The notes under the pieces: model-generated | The model's input: the letters and a program-made list of their open reading frames with translations, nothing else | Database searches by the model: none | What the model was told of the DNA's origin: nothing | Program-made: the position numbers and the translations under genes | From: a virus | DNA length: 64,000 nt | Virus record (IMG/VR): IMGVR_UViG_3300042691_019533 | Span: 14,183 to 78,182 of that record | Reading direction: 5' to 3' (one strand) | Shown here: in pieces, positions 1 through 9,349 of the stretch | Layout: each line of letters begins with the position of its first letter | Position numbering within the stretch: the first letter of the stretch is position 1

Positions 1-245
1 ATTTTGTCATTATCTAAAAATAGTTTAAATGATTTTAATAAAGAAACTATTTGATCATTTGGAACTATTTGAGTTTCTGATTCTAACTTATCAGAAAGTT
101 TAGTTTCTTCAGCTGGTTTAATTTCTTGGTTTAAATCTTGTTGATTATCATTTTGATTACTAAGCAAAGGATTATAAGTGTCTTCATTTGCTTCGTTTAA
201 TTTTTTTCTTATTTGTTCACAAATTCTTAAAAATTTACTATTCAT
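1..245 (-). CDS. Hypothetical protein, runs off the window edge (MNSKFLRICEQIRKKLNEANED...); possible capsid-internal protein
   Basis: ATG at 245 on the minus strand, open to position 1; TAAATA box 6 nt upstream; not in the ORF track. Confidence 0.7.
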   Translation of the reverse strand, partial: MNSKFLRICEQIRKKLNEANEDTYNPLLSNQNDNQQDLNQEIKPAEETKLSDKLESETQIVPNDQIVSLLKSFKLFLDNDK

Positions 246-301
246 TAATATTATTTACCTTTTTAATTTAAAAATAAATACTAAATTATGTAATTATTTA
301 T

Positions 302-727
302 ATGGTAAATAATTTATTAAAAATTTTTAAAGAAACTACTTGGTTTTTACATAGCGGTGTAGCACCTAAAAACGCTTCAAGTAGAATAAAGTCAAATCTT
401 GAAGATATGAACCATATGACATCTAAAAAATTTGCTATGACTATGATAGCTATAAGTGTTATAGCGTTTATGTATTTTTCTTCTGTTGCCTGTTTATTTT
501 TATTCAAATCTGATCCTCATGTTAGTGCATTAGTATCGATGTATAAAGATATGATTGTAGCAGTAGCTAGTATAGCAGCAACTTTAGTTGGTATTCAGGG
601 ATTAGTAGACTGGAAATACAATTCTAATTCTGATGTAAATTTAAAATCAAATACAGAAAATATAAATGAAACATTAACATCTAATATCAAAGAAGATGAT
701 TATGATATATCAAAATTTTTATTATGA
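302..727 (+). CDS. Putative holin (two transmembrane segments)
   Basis: Hydrophobic stretches FAMTMIAISVIAFMYFSSVACLFLF and MIVAVASIAATLVGI, charged C-terminus; 4-nt overlap with the endolysin. Confidence 0.6.
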   Translation: MVNNLLKIFKETTWFLHSGVAPKNASSRIKSNLEDMNHMTSKKFAMTMIAISVIAFMYFSSVACLFLFKSDPHVSALVSMYKDMIVAVASIAATLVGIQGLVDWKYNSNSDVNLKSNTENINETLTSNIKEDDYDISKFLL

Positions 728-1335
728 ATACTCCATCTCCAAAAACATTAGATTTAATTTTAAAATATGAAGTAGGCGGTGGGAAAGCATACTATGAAAA
801 ATTCTTATCGAAACCAACTTGGCCTGGTGGAGCTAGTGGTATGACGTTAGGTATAGGAATAGATTGTGCTTATTACACTCCACAAGAATTAAAAAAAATA
901 TTTAATTTTTTACCAGAAGATCAATTATATATTATAGTAAATGCTTCCGGAAAAACTGGATTAAAAGGAAAAGAATATACCATACAAAATAAAAATGGTG
1001 GAATTTATATTTCTTGGGAAAGAGCTATTGAATTATTTAATAAATTAATATGGTTCAAATTTTCAAAAATAGCAGAAAATACATTCCCAAAATTAAATGA
1101 ATTAAAAGATGATGCTTATGGAGCCATAGTATCTTTAGTGTTTAATAGAGGAGGGTCTTTAATAGGTGATTCTAGATTAGAAATGAGAAACATAAAAAAA
1201 TTAATACCATTAAAAAAATATAAAGATATTGCTACAGAAATAAGAAAAATGAAACGACTTTGGATTGGGAAAAATTTAGATGGATTAATCTCAAGAAGAG
1301 AAGATGAAGCCAAATTGATTGAATCATGCATTTAA
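724..1335 (+). CDS. Endolysin, lysozyme-fold muramidase (pesticin C-terminal/GH24-like)
   Basis: YEVGG..WPGGASGMTLGIGID, AIVSLVFNRG and GLISRREDEA motifs typical of phage lysozymes. Confidence 0.8.
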   Translation: MNTPSPKTLDLILKYEVGGGKAYYEKFLSKPTWPGGASGMTLGIGIDCAYYTPQELKKIFNFLPEDQLYIIVNASGKTGLKGKEYTIQNKNGGIYISWERAIELFNKLIWFKFSKIAENTFPKLNELKDDAYGAIVSLVFNRGGSLIGDSRLEMRNIKKLIPLKKYKDIATEIRKMKRLWIGKNLDGLISRREDEAKLIESCI

Positions 1336-1517
1336 ATAAATTTTTAAATGGAATAGAAAAAGAAAGAGATCCATTTTTTTCAAAATTAGAAGAAAAAGTA
1401 TTTTCTCAATTAAAAGAATTAACAAAAGATGATGTATTTGTAAAAATAGAACAAAATAAATTTGTTTCTTTTGAAGAAGCAATTAAAGAACTCTTAGAAA
1501 TGAGAAAAAAAAACTAA
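1326..1517 (+). CDS. Small hypothetical protein
   Basis: 63-aa ORF overlapping the endolysin end; phage-like codon usage. Confidence 0.55.
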   Translation: MHLNKFLNGIEKERDPFFSKLEEKVFSQLKELTKDDVFVKIEQNKFVSFEEAIKELLEMRKKN

Positions 1518-1611
1518 GAATAATATTAAGTGTATTATAGTATTTTAATATATTAGATAATTAAAATAACTTAAAAAATAACTAAAATAACACTTAAATG
1601 TTGACATTTAT

Positions 1612-1640
1612 ATCTTACACACTTGAGATCAAGATGTCAA
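1612..1640 (-). promoter_or_regulatory. Sigma70-type promoter TTGACA-N17-TAAGAT with no downstream ORF
   Basis: Perfect -35 box, 17-nt spacer, good -10 box on the minus strand; lies inside a TTGACAT...ATGTCAA inverted repeat (1601-1640). Confidence 0.55.
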
Positions 1641-1644
1641 TAGT

Positions 1645-2127
1645 TTATTTTAATTTTTTAATAAGACCTTGTAAGAATTCTTCATCTTCCCCCGAAGGAA
1701 TTAAGCATGGAATATCAAAAAAAGTACCTTTTTTTGTTTGAAAAGTATTTAAAATATTTTTATTTTCAATAAAATTAGGTAAATTTTTCTTACATACTTT
1801 TTTACATAAATCTAAAAATTTAAAAGGATTATCAAAATACATTGACCATTCAGTTAAATTTTGTTTTTTAGAAAAAAAACACAGAACTGAACAATTTATT
1901 TTGTTTGAATAGGTTAAAACTTTTTTAATATCATTTTTAATTTTATTTTCTAAAAAATTTTTAATTATTTTTTGTTTGAAAACAACTTTATCTTGATTAA
2001 AAAGATTCCATTCATACATAAAATCTATAGTGTCAGCACCTAACTGTTCTATATATTCAAATATATCAAAAATAATAATATTTTCTTTTATATAATAAGA
2101 AAAATATACCTTATCTTTTATATTCAT
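1645..2127 (-). CDS. Hypothetical protein
   Basis: 160-aa ORF; TTGAAT-N16-TATCAT promoter ends 6 nt before the ATG. Confidence 0.7.
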   Translation of the reverse strand: MNIKDKVYFSYYIKENIIIFDIFEYIEQLGADTIDFMYEWNLFNQDKVVFKQKIIKNFLENKIKNDIKKVLTYSNKINCSVLCFFSKKQNLTEWSMYFDNPFKFLDLCKKVCKKNLPNFIENKNILNTFQTKKGTFFDIPCLIPSGEDEEFLQGLIKKLK

Positions 2128-2133
2128 AGTAAT

Positions 2134-2161
2134 ATGATACTATATTTGAATTATAATTCAA
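2134..2161 (-). promoter_or_regulatory. Sigma70-type promoter TTGAAT-N16-TATCAT
   Basis: Motif read directly; 6 nt from ATG 2127. Confidence 0.45.
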
Positions 2162-2576
2162 TACCTATAAATGATTTTGGAACTTTTCCTATTCTTACGT
2201 TTATAATTCCGTTATAATAATCTTCTCTAAGAAGAACATTTTGTTCCATTTGTATTTTACATTCAAAATATGCTAATTCCCATTTAGAATTACATAATTT
2301 AATTATAATAAATGTAAAATTTTCTTTTCCGTATTTTTGTATGTCTTCATTTAATTCATTTGAAGATCCAGTATAAGATTTCCAATCGGATTCTTTAAAA
2401 TCTATTCTAATTCTTTTTTTCCCTTTTAATGGTTTTCTTCTTATTTTTGATTTTATTTGTTTTTTACCTATATATTTTTTATTTGTAATATTATTTTTTA
2501 TTTCGTATATAAATCCAAAAGTTTCATCTGTAATAGAAATATCTTCAGATAATAACCAATGCCCAAAATTATTCAT
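2151..2576 (-). CDS. Stand-alone GIY-YIG nuclease
   Basis: GFIYEIKNNITNKKYIGKK, SDWKSYTGSS, conserved E and YYN motifs. Confidence 0.85.
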   Translation of the reverse strand: MNNFGHWLLSEDISITDETFGFIYEIKNNITNKKYIGKKQIKSKIRRKPLKGKKRIRIDFKESDWKSYTGSSNELNEDIQKYGKENFTFIIIKLCNSKWELAYFECKIQMEQNVLLREDYYNGIINVRIGKVPKSFIGIEL

Positions 2577-2779
2577 AATGATTTTTTTTGTAACTTTCTT
2601 TTAAATATTTTAATTTTTTTCTTTTTCTTTTTAGGAGTTCCGCTTATAGCCATGGCCATTTTAATGTTAGGGTCTGTCGCCACATTTCCAGTTGCTTGCC
2701 CTCCACTCATAAGAGCGTCTCCTACAGAATTCATATTCTCTAAAATATTATTAACTAAAGTTTGATATTTATTAAACAT
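2573..2779 (-). CDS. Small basic hypothetical protein, possible capsid-internal protein
   Basis: N-terminus MFNKYQTLVNNILE, poly-Lys C-terminus, TAAGTA box upstream, overlap with the GIY-YIG gene. Confidence 0.6.
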   Translation of the reverse strand: MFNKYQTLVNNILENMNSVGDALMSGGQATGNVATDPNIKMAMAISGTPKKKKKKIKIFKRKLQKKSL

Positions 2780-2789
2780 ATGTTACTAT
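2762..2789 (+). promoter_or_regulatory. Sigma70-type promoter TTGATA-N16-(TG)TACTAT for uvsY
   Basis: Extended -10 box; 9 nt from ATG 2799; overlaps a divergent late box at 2794-2799. Confidence 0.5.
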
Positions 2790-2798
2790 ATAATACTT

Positions 2799-3197
2799 AT
2801 GGATGTTATATCAAAATATAACGAAGAATTAATAGAAGATCTAAAATTAGATCAGATTAATATTTTAGATAAGCAATTGATGTTGCCATCTATTAAGCAT
2901 AAGTGGGTAGCCAGATTGATACATACCAAAAGAGAAAAAAATGATTTAGAAAAAAAGAAAAAGTCGTTAAGAGAAGAAGTCTTTAAAAAGTTCGAAGCAA
3001 ACGGTATTCCAAAAGGAGTTCCCAAAGTTTCTATAAAAGAAAAAGTGGACGCGACTAAAACCATAACCGACATAAGTTCTTCTATTGAGGATTGTAATTT
3101 ATTAATAGAATATTTAGAAAAAATTGAAAAAATTCTAAGTTCTATGACTTTTGATGTTGGAAACGCAACAAAACTATTAACATTAGAAATAACATAA
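2799..3197 (+). CDS. uvsY: Recombination mediator UvsY-like
   Basis: 132-aa helical protein (DLKLD..PSIKHKW..IEYLEKIEK) directly before uvsW, as in T4-like phages. Confidence 0.7.
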   Translation: MDVISKYNEELIEDLKLDQINILDKQLMLPSIKHKWVARLIHTKREKNDLEKKKKSLREEVFKKFEANGIPKGVPKVSIKEKVDATKTITDISSSIEDCNLLIEYLEKIEKILSSMTFDVGNATKLLTLEIT

Positions 3198-3198
3198 G

Positions 3199-4617
3199 AT
3201 GGTATCTTTAGAATTATCTCAAAATAAAAAACAAGCGCAAATATTATCTTCTGATAATAGCATTTTTCTTTTAATTCGAGAAAATTTTTCAATTCCATTT
3301 AAATCTTTTTCAAAAAATAGAAGATTTATACCTCAAAGAAAATATGCAATAACCCCTTCGGGTAAATTTGATATAGGATTACTAAAAGAAATTAAAAATT
3401 TTTTGATTATAAATCAAATCAAATTTAATATTAGTGAAGATTTAGAACAAAAATTTAATGTAGGATTTAAAACGCCTTATATTAAAGAATATAGCCTTAT
3501 ATATAGAGATCACCAAAAAAATTCTATACATCAAGCGATGATTAACGGCAGAGGCGTTGTTGTAATTCCTACTGCCGGAGGAAAAACATTAATAATGTGT
3601 TCTATAATAGAAAGTTTAAGAAAAAATATAAAGGATAACGACGCAAAAGCATTAGTTATAGTTCCATCTATACAATTAGTAGAGCAAACGGCAGAAGATT
3701 TTAAATCGTATGGTATGGATAAAGTAACAAAATGGTCAGGAAACAATAAGCCAGACCCCGAAGCTACCACTATAATAGCGGGTTCTCAAATATTATTATC
3801 AGAAAAGACAGATTTATCATTTTTAAGTGATGTTAAGATATTTTTAGGTGATGAATGTCACGGTAATAAAAAAGCAAACCAAATAAATAACATATTTAAT
3901 TTTTTAACTACCGATTATAGATTTGGATTTACTGGAACGATGCCATCGTGTAAGCTCGATTGTTGGAATATTATTGGAAAATTCGGACCAGTAATATATG
4001 AAGAAAAAACAGAACAATTAAAACAAAAAAAATATATATCTAATTTTAAAATTTTTGTTTTAAATATAAAACATTTAAACGTTCCAAAAACTTATATTAA
4101 TAAAAATAAACCAACTGAAGCGTACGAAAGCGAATTAACTTTTTTGATAAACAACCAAAAAAGAAATGATATAATATGCAATTTATCTAAAAAATTAATA
4201 AATAATACTATTATAATGGTGGATCGAATAGATCACGGAATTAATATTTTTGATCATTTACAAAAAACTTCCGAAAGACCATGTTATTTTATTAGAGGTT
4301 CGACCGAAATCGAAGAAAGAGAAAAAATAAGAAGCCTAATGGAAGAAAGAAATGATATTATAGTGGTCGCTATATCTAAAATTTTTAGTACTGGTATCAA
4401 TATTCCAAATTTACACAATATAATTTTCGCTACTGCTGGAAAAGCAAAAATAAAAATAATGCAATCTATAGGGAGAGCATTACGTTTACATCCAACTAAA
4501 AGTATGGCATATATTTTTGATATAGCAGATAATACTTTTTATGGTAAAAAACATTTAAGCGAAAGAGAAGAATTATATATTAAAGAAAAATACAATTATG
4601 AGAAAAAAGAAATTTAA
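3199..4617 (+). CDS. uvsW: SF2 DNA helicase UvsW
   Basis: PTAGGKT, LVEQ, DECH, GFTGT, FSTGINIPNLH, QSIGRALR. Confidence 0.93.
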   Translation: MVSLELSQNKKQAQILSSDNSIFLLIRENFSIPFKSFSKNRRFIPQRKYAITPSGKFDIGLLKEIKNFLIINQIKFNISEDLEQKFNVGFKTPYIKEYSLIYRDHQKNSIHQAMINGRGVVVIPTAGGKTLIMCSIIESLRKNIKDNDAKALVIVPSIQLVEQTAEDFKSYGMDKVTKWSGNNKPDPEATTIIAGSQILLSEKTDLSFLSDVKIFLGDECHGNKKANQINNIFNFLTTDYRFGFTGTMPSCKLDCWNIIGKFGPVIYEEKTEQLKQKKYISNFKIFVLNIKHLNVPKTYINKNKPTEAYESELTFLINNQKRNDIICNLSKKLINNTIIMVDRIDHGINIFDHLQKTSERPCYFIRGSTEIEEREKIRSLMEERNDIIVVAISKIFSTGINIPNLHNIIFATAGKAKIKIMQSIGRALRLHPTKSMAYIFDIADNTFYGKKHLSEREELYIKEKYNYEKKEI

Positions 4618-5200
4618 AAATGATGATGATTTTGGTTTTGAAGAATTAATTCAAGAATCACATATTGAAGAGCAAGAATTTGATGAGGATGATCCTTATT
4701 CATTATTAAATTCTTCAGTACGAGAATACGAAGAATACGAAGAATCGGAAGAAGAAGATGATATCGTCATACCAAAAAAGCAAAAAGTAGATAAAAAGAA
4801 ATTTTACGTTGACCCGAAAGAATTTGACACTGAAATAATGAATTATTATGATACTGGTATTATGTCTAATAATTTAGCTGAGATGGTAAGCAAAATATCC
4901 CATAAGTTAAGTTATGCTAGTAATTTTATAAATTATAGTTATCGTGAAGAAATGGCCGGTGACGGAATCATAAGAATGATGAAAGCATTGATTTCAAAAA
5001 AATACAACAAAGAAAAAGGAACAAATCCATTTTCATATTTTACAAGAATAGCTTTTAATGCATTTAGAAATAGAATAAAAAAAGAAAAACATATACATGA
5101 AACACACGAGAAATATAAAGAAGAACTAGAACTACTATCTTCAAATTATAACAATATAGTTAAAAATAAAAATATATCAGCTAATAAAAAATATAATTGA
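4598..5200 (+). CDS. gp55: Late-transcription sigma factor, gp55-like, with acidic N-terminal extension
   Basis: YVDPKEF, NFINYSYREEMAGDG, NPFSYFTRIAFNAFRNRIKKEK. Confidence 0.9.
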   Translation: MRKKKFKNDDDFGFEELIQESHIEEQEFDEDDPYSLLNSSVREYEEYEESEEEDDIVIPKKQKVDKKKFYVDPKEFDTEIMNYYDTGIMSNNLAEMVSKISHKLSYASNFINYSYREEMAGDGIIRMMKALISKKYNKEKGTNPFSYFTRIAFNAFRNRIKKEKHIHETHEKYKEELELLSSNYNNIVKNKNISANKKYN

Positions 5201-5227
5201 TGTATATTATAAAAAATATGTTATATT
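5197..5227 (+). promoter_or_regulatory. Extended -10 promoter (TG-T-TATATT) before gp47 and the glycan island
   Basis: TGtTATATT ends 7 nt before ATG 5235; TTGATG upstream at a non-optimal 19-nt spacing. Confidence 0.4.
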
Positions 5228-5234
5228 ACCACTA

Positions 5235-6278
5235 ATGAAGTTAGACAGAAAAATAGGAATATTTTCGGATATTCACCTTGGATTATATCAAGATAATGAA
5301 CTTTGGCATGATACTGCTTTAAATTTTGCAAAATGGGCTAGTCGAGTTTATTCTGAAAGAGATATCAATCAAATATTAATACCGGGTGATATATTTCATA
5401 ATAGAAATGAAATAAATGTTAATACATTATCGGTTGCCAAAAAATTTTTTGATTATTTTAAAAATTTTGAGATATTTATTTCAACTGGAAATCATTGTTG
5501 TTTTTTTAAAAACAACAGCACAGTTAACTCGATATCTATTTTAGATGGGTGGAATAATATCAAAATATTTGATAATGAACCCATAATATTAACATATAAA
5601 AATAAAAAAATATCAATGATTCCGTGGGGTACTTCAGTCGATAAAATACCAGAAACTGATATTTGTATTGGTCATTTCGAAATATCTTCATTTTATATGA
5701 ATTCATATAAGGCATGCGAGCATGGAATCAACTCTGGAGACATTTTAAAGAAGTCTCCATACGTCATATCCGGTCATTTTCATAGAAAAGACCACAGAAC
5801 ATACTCAAACGGTCAAATCTTGTATGTAGGTAGTCCATATCAACAAAATTTTGGAGACACTTTGGACGAAAGAGGAATATATACTTTTGATTTGGATGAA
5901 AACACTTTTGATTTCATTAAAAATGACATTTCACCACAATATTTTAAGTTTTCTGCAAAAAAAATCAAAAATAATGAACTTAATGACGATATTTTAACAG
6001 ATTTAAGTAAAAATAACATAATAAGTTTAATTATAGATGAAAAATTAACTCCAGAAGAGATTTTATCAATAAAAGACAAGATAAACAAGCTCGAACCTCA
6101 AATATTAAGAGTGGATTATGAAGATAATGATACAGAATTAGAGTCTTCGTCAGTTGAAAATGACTATAACTTATCTAATATATTAAAATCTATTGAAGAT
6201 TTTATCGAAACGTTAGATATAGAGCACAAAAAAGAAGTTGAAGAATATATAAAACAATTATATAATAAATTAACATGA
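5235..6278 (+). CDS. gp47: Recombination nuclease gp47 (Mre11/SbcD-like)
   Basis: SDIHLG, GDIFH, GNH, GHFE, SGHFH, YVGSPYQ metallophosphoesterase motifs. Confidence 0.92.
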   Translation: MKLDRKIGIFSDIHLGLYQDNELWHDTALNFAKWASRVYSERDINQILIPGDIFHNRNEINVNTLSVAKKFFDYFKNFEIFISTGNHCCFFKNNSTVNSISILDGWNNIKIFDNEPIILTYKNKKISMIPWGTSVDKIPETDICIGHFEISSFYMNSYKACEHGINSGDILKKSPYVISGHFHRKDHRTYSNGQILYVGSPYQQNFGDTLDERGIYTFDLDENTFDFIKNDISPQYFKFSAKKIKNNELNDDILTDLSKNNIISLIIDEKLTPEEILSIKDKINKLEPQILRVDYEDNDTELESSSVENDYNLSNILKSIEDFIETLDIEHKKEVEEYIKQLYNKLT

Positions 6279-7027
6279 ATAACGAAATAGGAATAGGAAT
6301 TTTAGATTTATACGATCAAGATAGTCTGTCTAAATGTTTAGATAGTATAAATTTTCCACATAATGATATAATAATATCATCTTTAACTAAAAATAAATCA
6401 TATTTGGATAATCATAGAAGTTATACATCACAAACTTCATTAGCAACATTAAGAAATCATATTATTTCTCAATTTAGACTTAAAAAAATAAAATATTTTT
6501 TTATTTTACATTCAAATCAAATAGTGATTAATAAAAATATTTGGAATGATACTATAAAAATCGCAGAAACGTTCGGAACGTGGTTTTTAAGTAAGTTTGA
6601 TACTAAATCTTTATCTATAGAAGACGATTCCGGATTGGAATTGAATATAAGTTCAAAATTAAATAGTGAATTTTTATTTTTTAACTCTGGAATCATAAAA
6701 AATAATGGATATTTTGATGATAGATTCTTTAACGGTAAAGAACTAGACGTTATAGACTATATAATAAATTTAAGAAATAAAAAATTAACATTACCAACTG
6801 GATTTTACCCATCAATTCAAGATAAATGGTTAGAATCAACTAATTCTAAGATAGAAGCTATAGATTTTAATGATTTTCCTAATAACGATAAAATAGTTCA
6901 GATATCTTACGGTTATTTCATGCATATTCATAAGTATATTCCAAACCAAAACGAACCTAAAGCAGTATCAAATGACGAGTTACTAAAAACTGCTGAACAT
7001 TTACAGAAAAATTATGCAAGAAAATAA
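6275..7027 (+). CDS. Divergent GT-A/GT2-like protein, DxD-type motif apparently lost
   Basis: IGIGIL N-terminus and GYFDDRF shared with the next two genes; FILHSNQ where the paralogs have (T/L)(L/I)EDD. Confidence 0.55.
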   Translation: MNNEIGIGILDLYDQDSLSKCLDSINFPHNDIIISSLTKNKSYLDNHRSYTSQTSLATLRNHIISQFRLKKIKYFFILHSNQIVINKNIWNDTIKIAETFGTWFLSKFDTKSLSIEDDSGLELNISSKLNSEFLFFNSGIIKNNGYFDDRFFNGKELDVIDYIINLRNKKLTLPTGFYPSIQDKWLESTNSKIEAIDFNDFPNNDKIVQISYGYFMHIHKYIPNQNEPKAVSNDELLKTAEHLQKNYARK

Positions 7028-7805
7028 GATAGGCGTAGGCGTTATAACATATAATAGACCAGATTTCTTTGAAAAATGTTTTAATTCTATTCCAAAAGAT
7101 AAAATAAAAGAACTTGTCGTAGTTAATGATGGGAAAAAAATCGATTTTAATTTTCAAAATTCACATTTAATACAACATGAAACAAATAAAAATGTAGGAG
7201 AGAGCAAAAATGACGCAATGCGTTATCTTTTAGATAAAAATTGTGATTATATTTTTACTTTAGAGGATGATATTATCATAAAAGATCCTTTAATATTTCA
7301 AAATTATATTAATGCATATAAAGAAACAGGAATTCAACATTTTAATTTTGGATTTTCTCAAAGAGAAAACTTAGACGAAAATTTAAAACCAATTTGGAGA
7401 AAAATAATCAATTATAAAAATACTAAATTAGTATTAAATAATAATATTTTAGGAGCGTTTACGTTCTATACTAGAAAAGCATTACAAACGATAGGGTTGC
7501 ATCATAAAGATTTTAATAAAGGTCATGGAGATCATTTAGAATTAACATACCGAGCTTATAAACATGGATTTACAACCCCGTTTTGGTGGTTTGCTGATCT
7601 ATACGAAAGTTGGAATATGATTGAAAATCAAAGTGATTTTGTTACAGACTCTAAAGTTAGAGATCCAAAAACATTTAATAATAATTTTAATGACGCGAGA
7701 GCGATATTTAAAAGATTACATGGTATAGATATATTTGAAATACCAAATTTATCAGAAGCTGAAATTATTAAAAATTTAAAAGAACTTAAAAATGGAATAC
7801 ATTAA
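7014..7805 (+). CDS. Glycosyltransferase family 2
   Basis: IGVGVITYNR, VVVNDG, FTLEDD, TTPFWWFAD. Confidence 0.85.
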   Translation: MQENKIGVGVITYNRPDFFEKCFNSIPKDKIKELVVVNDGKKIDFNFQNSHLIQHETNKNVGESKNDAMRYLLDKNCDYIFTLEDDIIIKDPLIFQNYINAYKETGIQHFNFGFSQRENLDENLKPIWRKIINYKNTKLVLNNNILGAFTFYTRKALQTIGLHHKDFNKGHGDHLELTYRAYKHGFTTPFWWFADLYESWNMIENQSDFVTDSKVRDPKTFNNNFNDARAIFKRLHGIDIFEIPNLSEAEIIKNLKELKNGIH

Positions 7806-8601
7806 AGATAAAATAGGAGTTGGTATAACTACATATAATAGTGAAAACTATTTTAAAGAATTATATAACAGTATAGATAATTCAGTCGTAAACGAATTGG
7901 TAGTTGTTAATGGAGGTCAAGATTATCAAGATATTTATGATTGTGATTGGATTCAACATAGAAAAAACCATTATCCAGCACAATCTAGAAATGATTGCGT
8001 TTCTTATTTGATGAATAGAAAATGTGAACATATCTTTTTAATTGAGGATGATATGATAATTAAAAACTCTGATATATTTAATCAATATATTTTAGCATCT
8101 AAAGTGTCAGGGATAAAATATTTTTCATATGTCAGTATGGGGGGAGAATGTGGTTCCCCCGAAAATAGAACACCTAGAACTATGGTAGATTATGGTAATA
8201 ATATAAAAGTTAATTTATATTTGAATATGTGCAATGAGTTTACGTATCATCATTATACTACATTTAAAGAAGTTGGTTTATACGATCCAGTAAATGAGAT
8301 GAGAAATGCTTTTGATGTTGATATGGCATATAGAGAAACTAAAATAAACAAATGGACTACTCCATTTTGGTGGTTTGCTGATATATATAACTCTGATCAA
8401 TATATAAAAAACAACCCAAATGCTACTAGTAGATTACAGGCAGAAAGACCTGATGGATCAAGACAAGAATTAGTAATTCAAACTTTAAATTATTTCAAAC
8501 AAAAACATAATTTGTCTGTAAACCAAATTCCAGATGTGGATAGAGACACGGTAATGAGCACCTTAAAAAGATTAAAAAATGAAAATAGCAATAGGAATTA
8601 A
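7792..8601 (+). CDS. Glycosyltransferase family 2, paralog of the previous gene
   Basis: IGVGITTYN, VVVNGG, FLIEDD, TTPFWWFAD. Confidence 0.85.
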   Translation: MEYIKDKIGVGITTYNSENYFKELYNSIDNSVVNELVVVNGGQDYQDIYDCDWIQHRKNHYPAQSRNDCVSYLMNRKCEHIFLIEDDMIIKNSDIFNQYILASKVSGIKYFSYVSMGGECGSPENRTPRTMVDYGNNIKVNLYLNMCNEFTYHHYTTFKEVGLYDPVNEMRNAFDVDMAYRETKINKWTTPFWWFADIYNSDQYIKNNPNATSRLQAERPDGSRQELVIQTLNYFKQKHNLSVNQIPDVDRDTVMSTLKRLKNENSNRN

Positions 8602-9349
8602 TATATTTAAATCTTATAAAAGACAAGATTTATGTATTAAGGTTTTAAAAAAACTTAAATCTAAATATAAAGAGATAGATTTATATAATATTACATTTCC
8701 AAACGAAAAAAACTTAGATTGTGATTTTATACATTTACCGATATTAAAAACCAAAGCAAAAGATGTAGTATCAAATTCGAAATCTGAAAAGCCAATATCT
8801 AAAGAATTTTTTGATATATTATCAAATCAAAACTGTGATTATTTTATATTTTTAAATAGTGATATACTATTATCTCCAAAATTTATAGATTTAATATTAA
8901 ATCAAGAATATGAAACCTATTGTGTATCTAGGCATGATACTTTACCGATAGAATCAATCGATAAAATAATTCCATTTAGAATTGAAATAGCAGGATTTGA
9001 TGTTTGGGCGGTTAAAAATAAATGGTGGAAAGAAAATAATACTTTATTCAAATCCTACATATACGCAGAGCATCTTTGGGATGTTGATTTTTCTTTAAAT
9101 ATGTTTAATCATAGTTTATGTTTATTATGTAATAAAAATTTTTATGCCGCACACGAAAAACACGAATTAAATTGGAACGAAACCTCATTAGAAGCTAAAT
9201 ATAATTCTTTCTTATGGCAAGAAACACCATATCACAAAAAATGGCATGAATTTATATTCTCTAATTTAGTTAAGAGAAAACCATATGGTCAATTTTTAGA
9301 ACCATTACCAAACGAAAAAGAATTGGAACAAAAATATTTAAAAATATGA
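8579..9349 (+). CDS. GT-A fold glycosyltransferase-like protein
   Basis: FIFLNSDI (NxD variant), GFDVW, WD and late H motifs; island context. Confidence 0.6.
   Translation: MKIAIGINIFKSYKRQDLCIKVLKKLKSKYKEIDLYNITFPNEKNLDCDFIHLPILKTKAKDVVSNSKSEKPISKEFFDILSNQNCDYFIFLNSDILLSPKFIDLILNQEYETYCVSRHDTLPIESIDKIIPFRIEIAGFDVWAVKNKWWKENNTLFKSYIYAEHLWDVDFSLNMFNHSLCLLCNKNFYAAHEKHELNWNETSLEAKYNSFLWQETPYHKKWHEFIFSNLVKRKPYGQFLEPLPNEKELEQKYLKI

Noticed and set aside
1326-1517. Spanin downstream of the endolysin
   Set aside because: No transmembrane segment or lipobox cysteine
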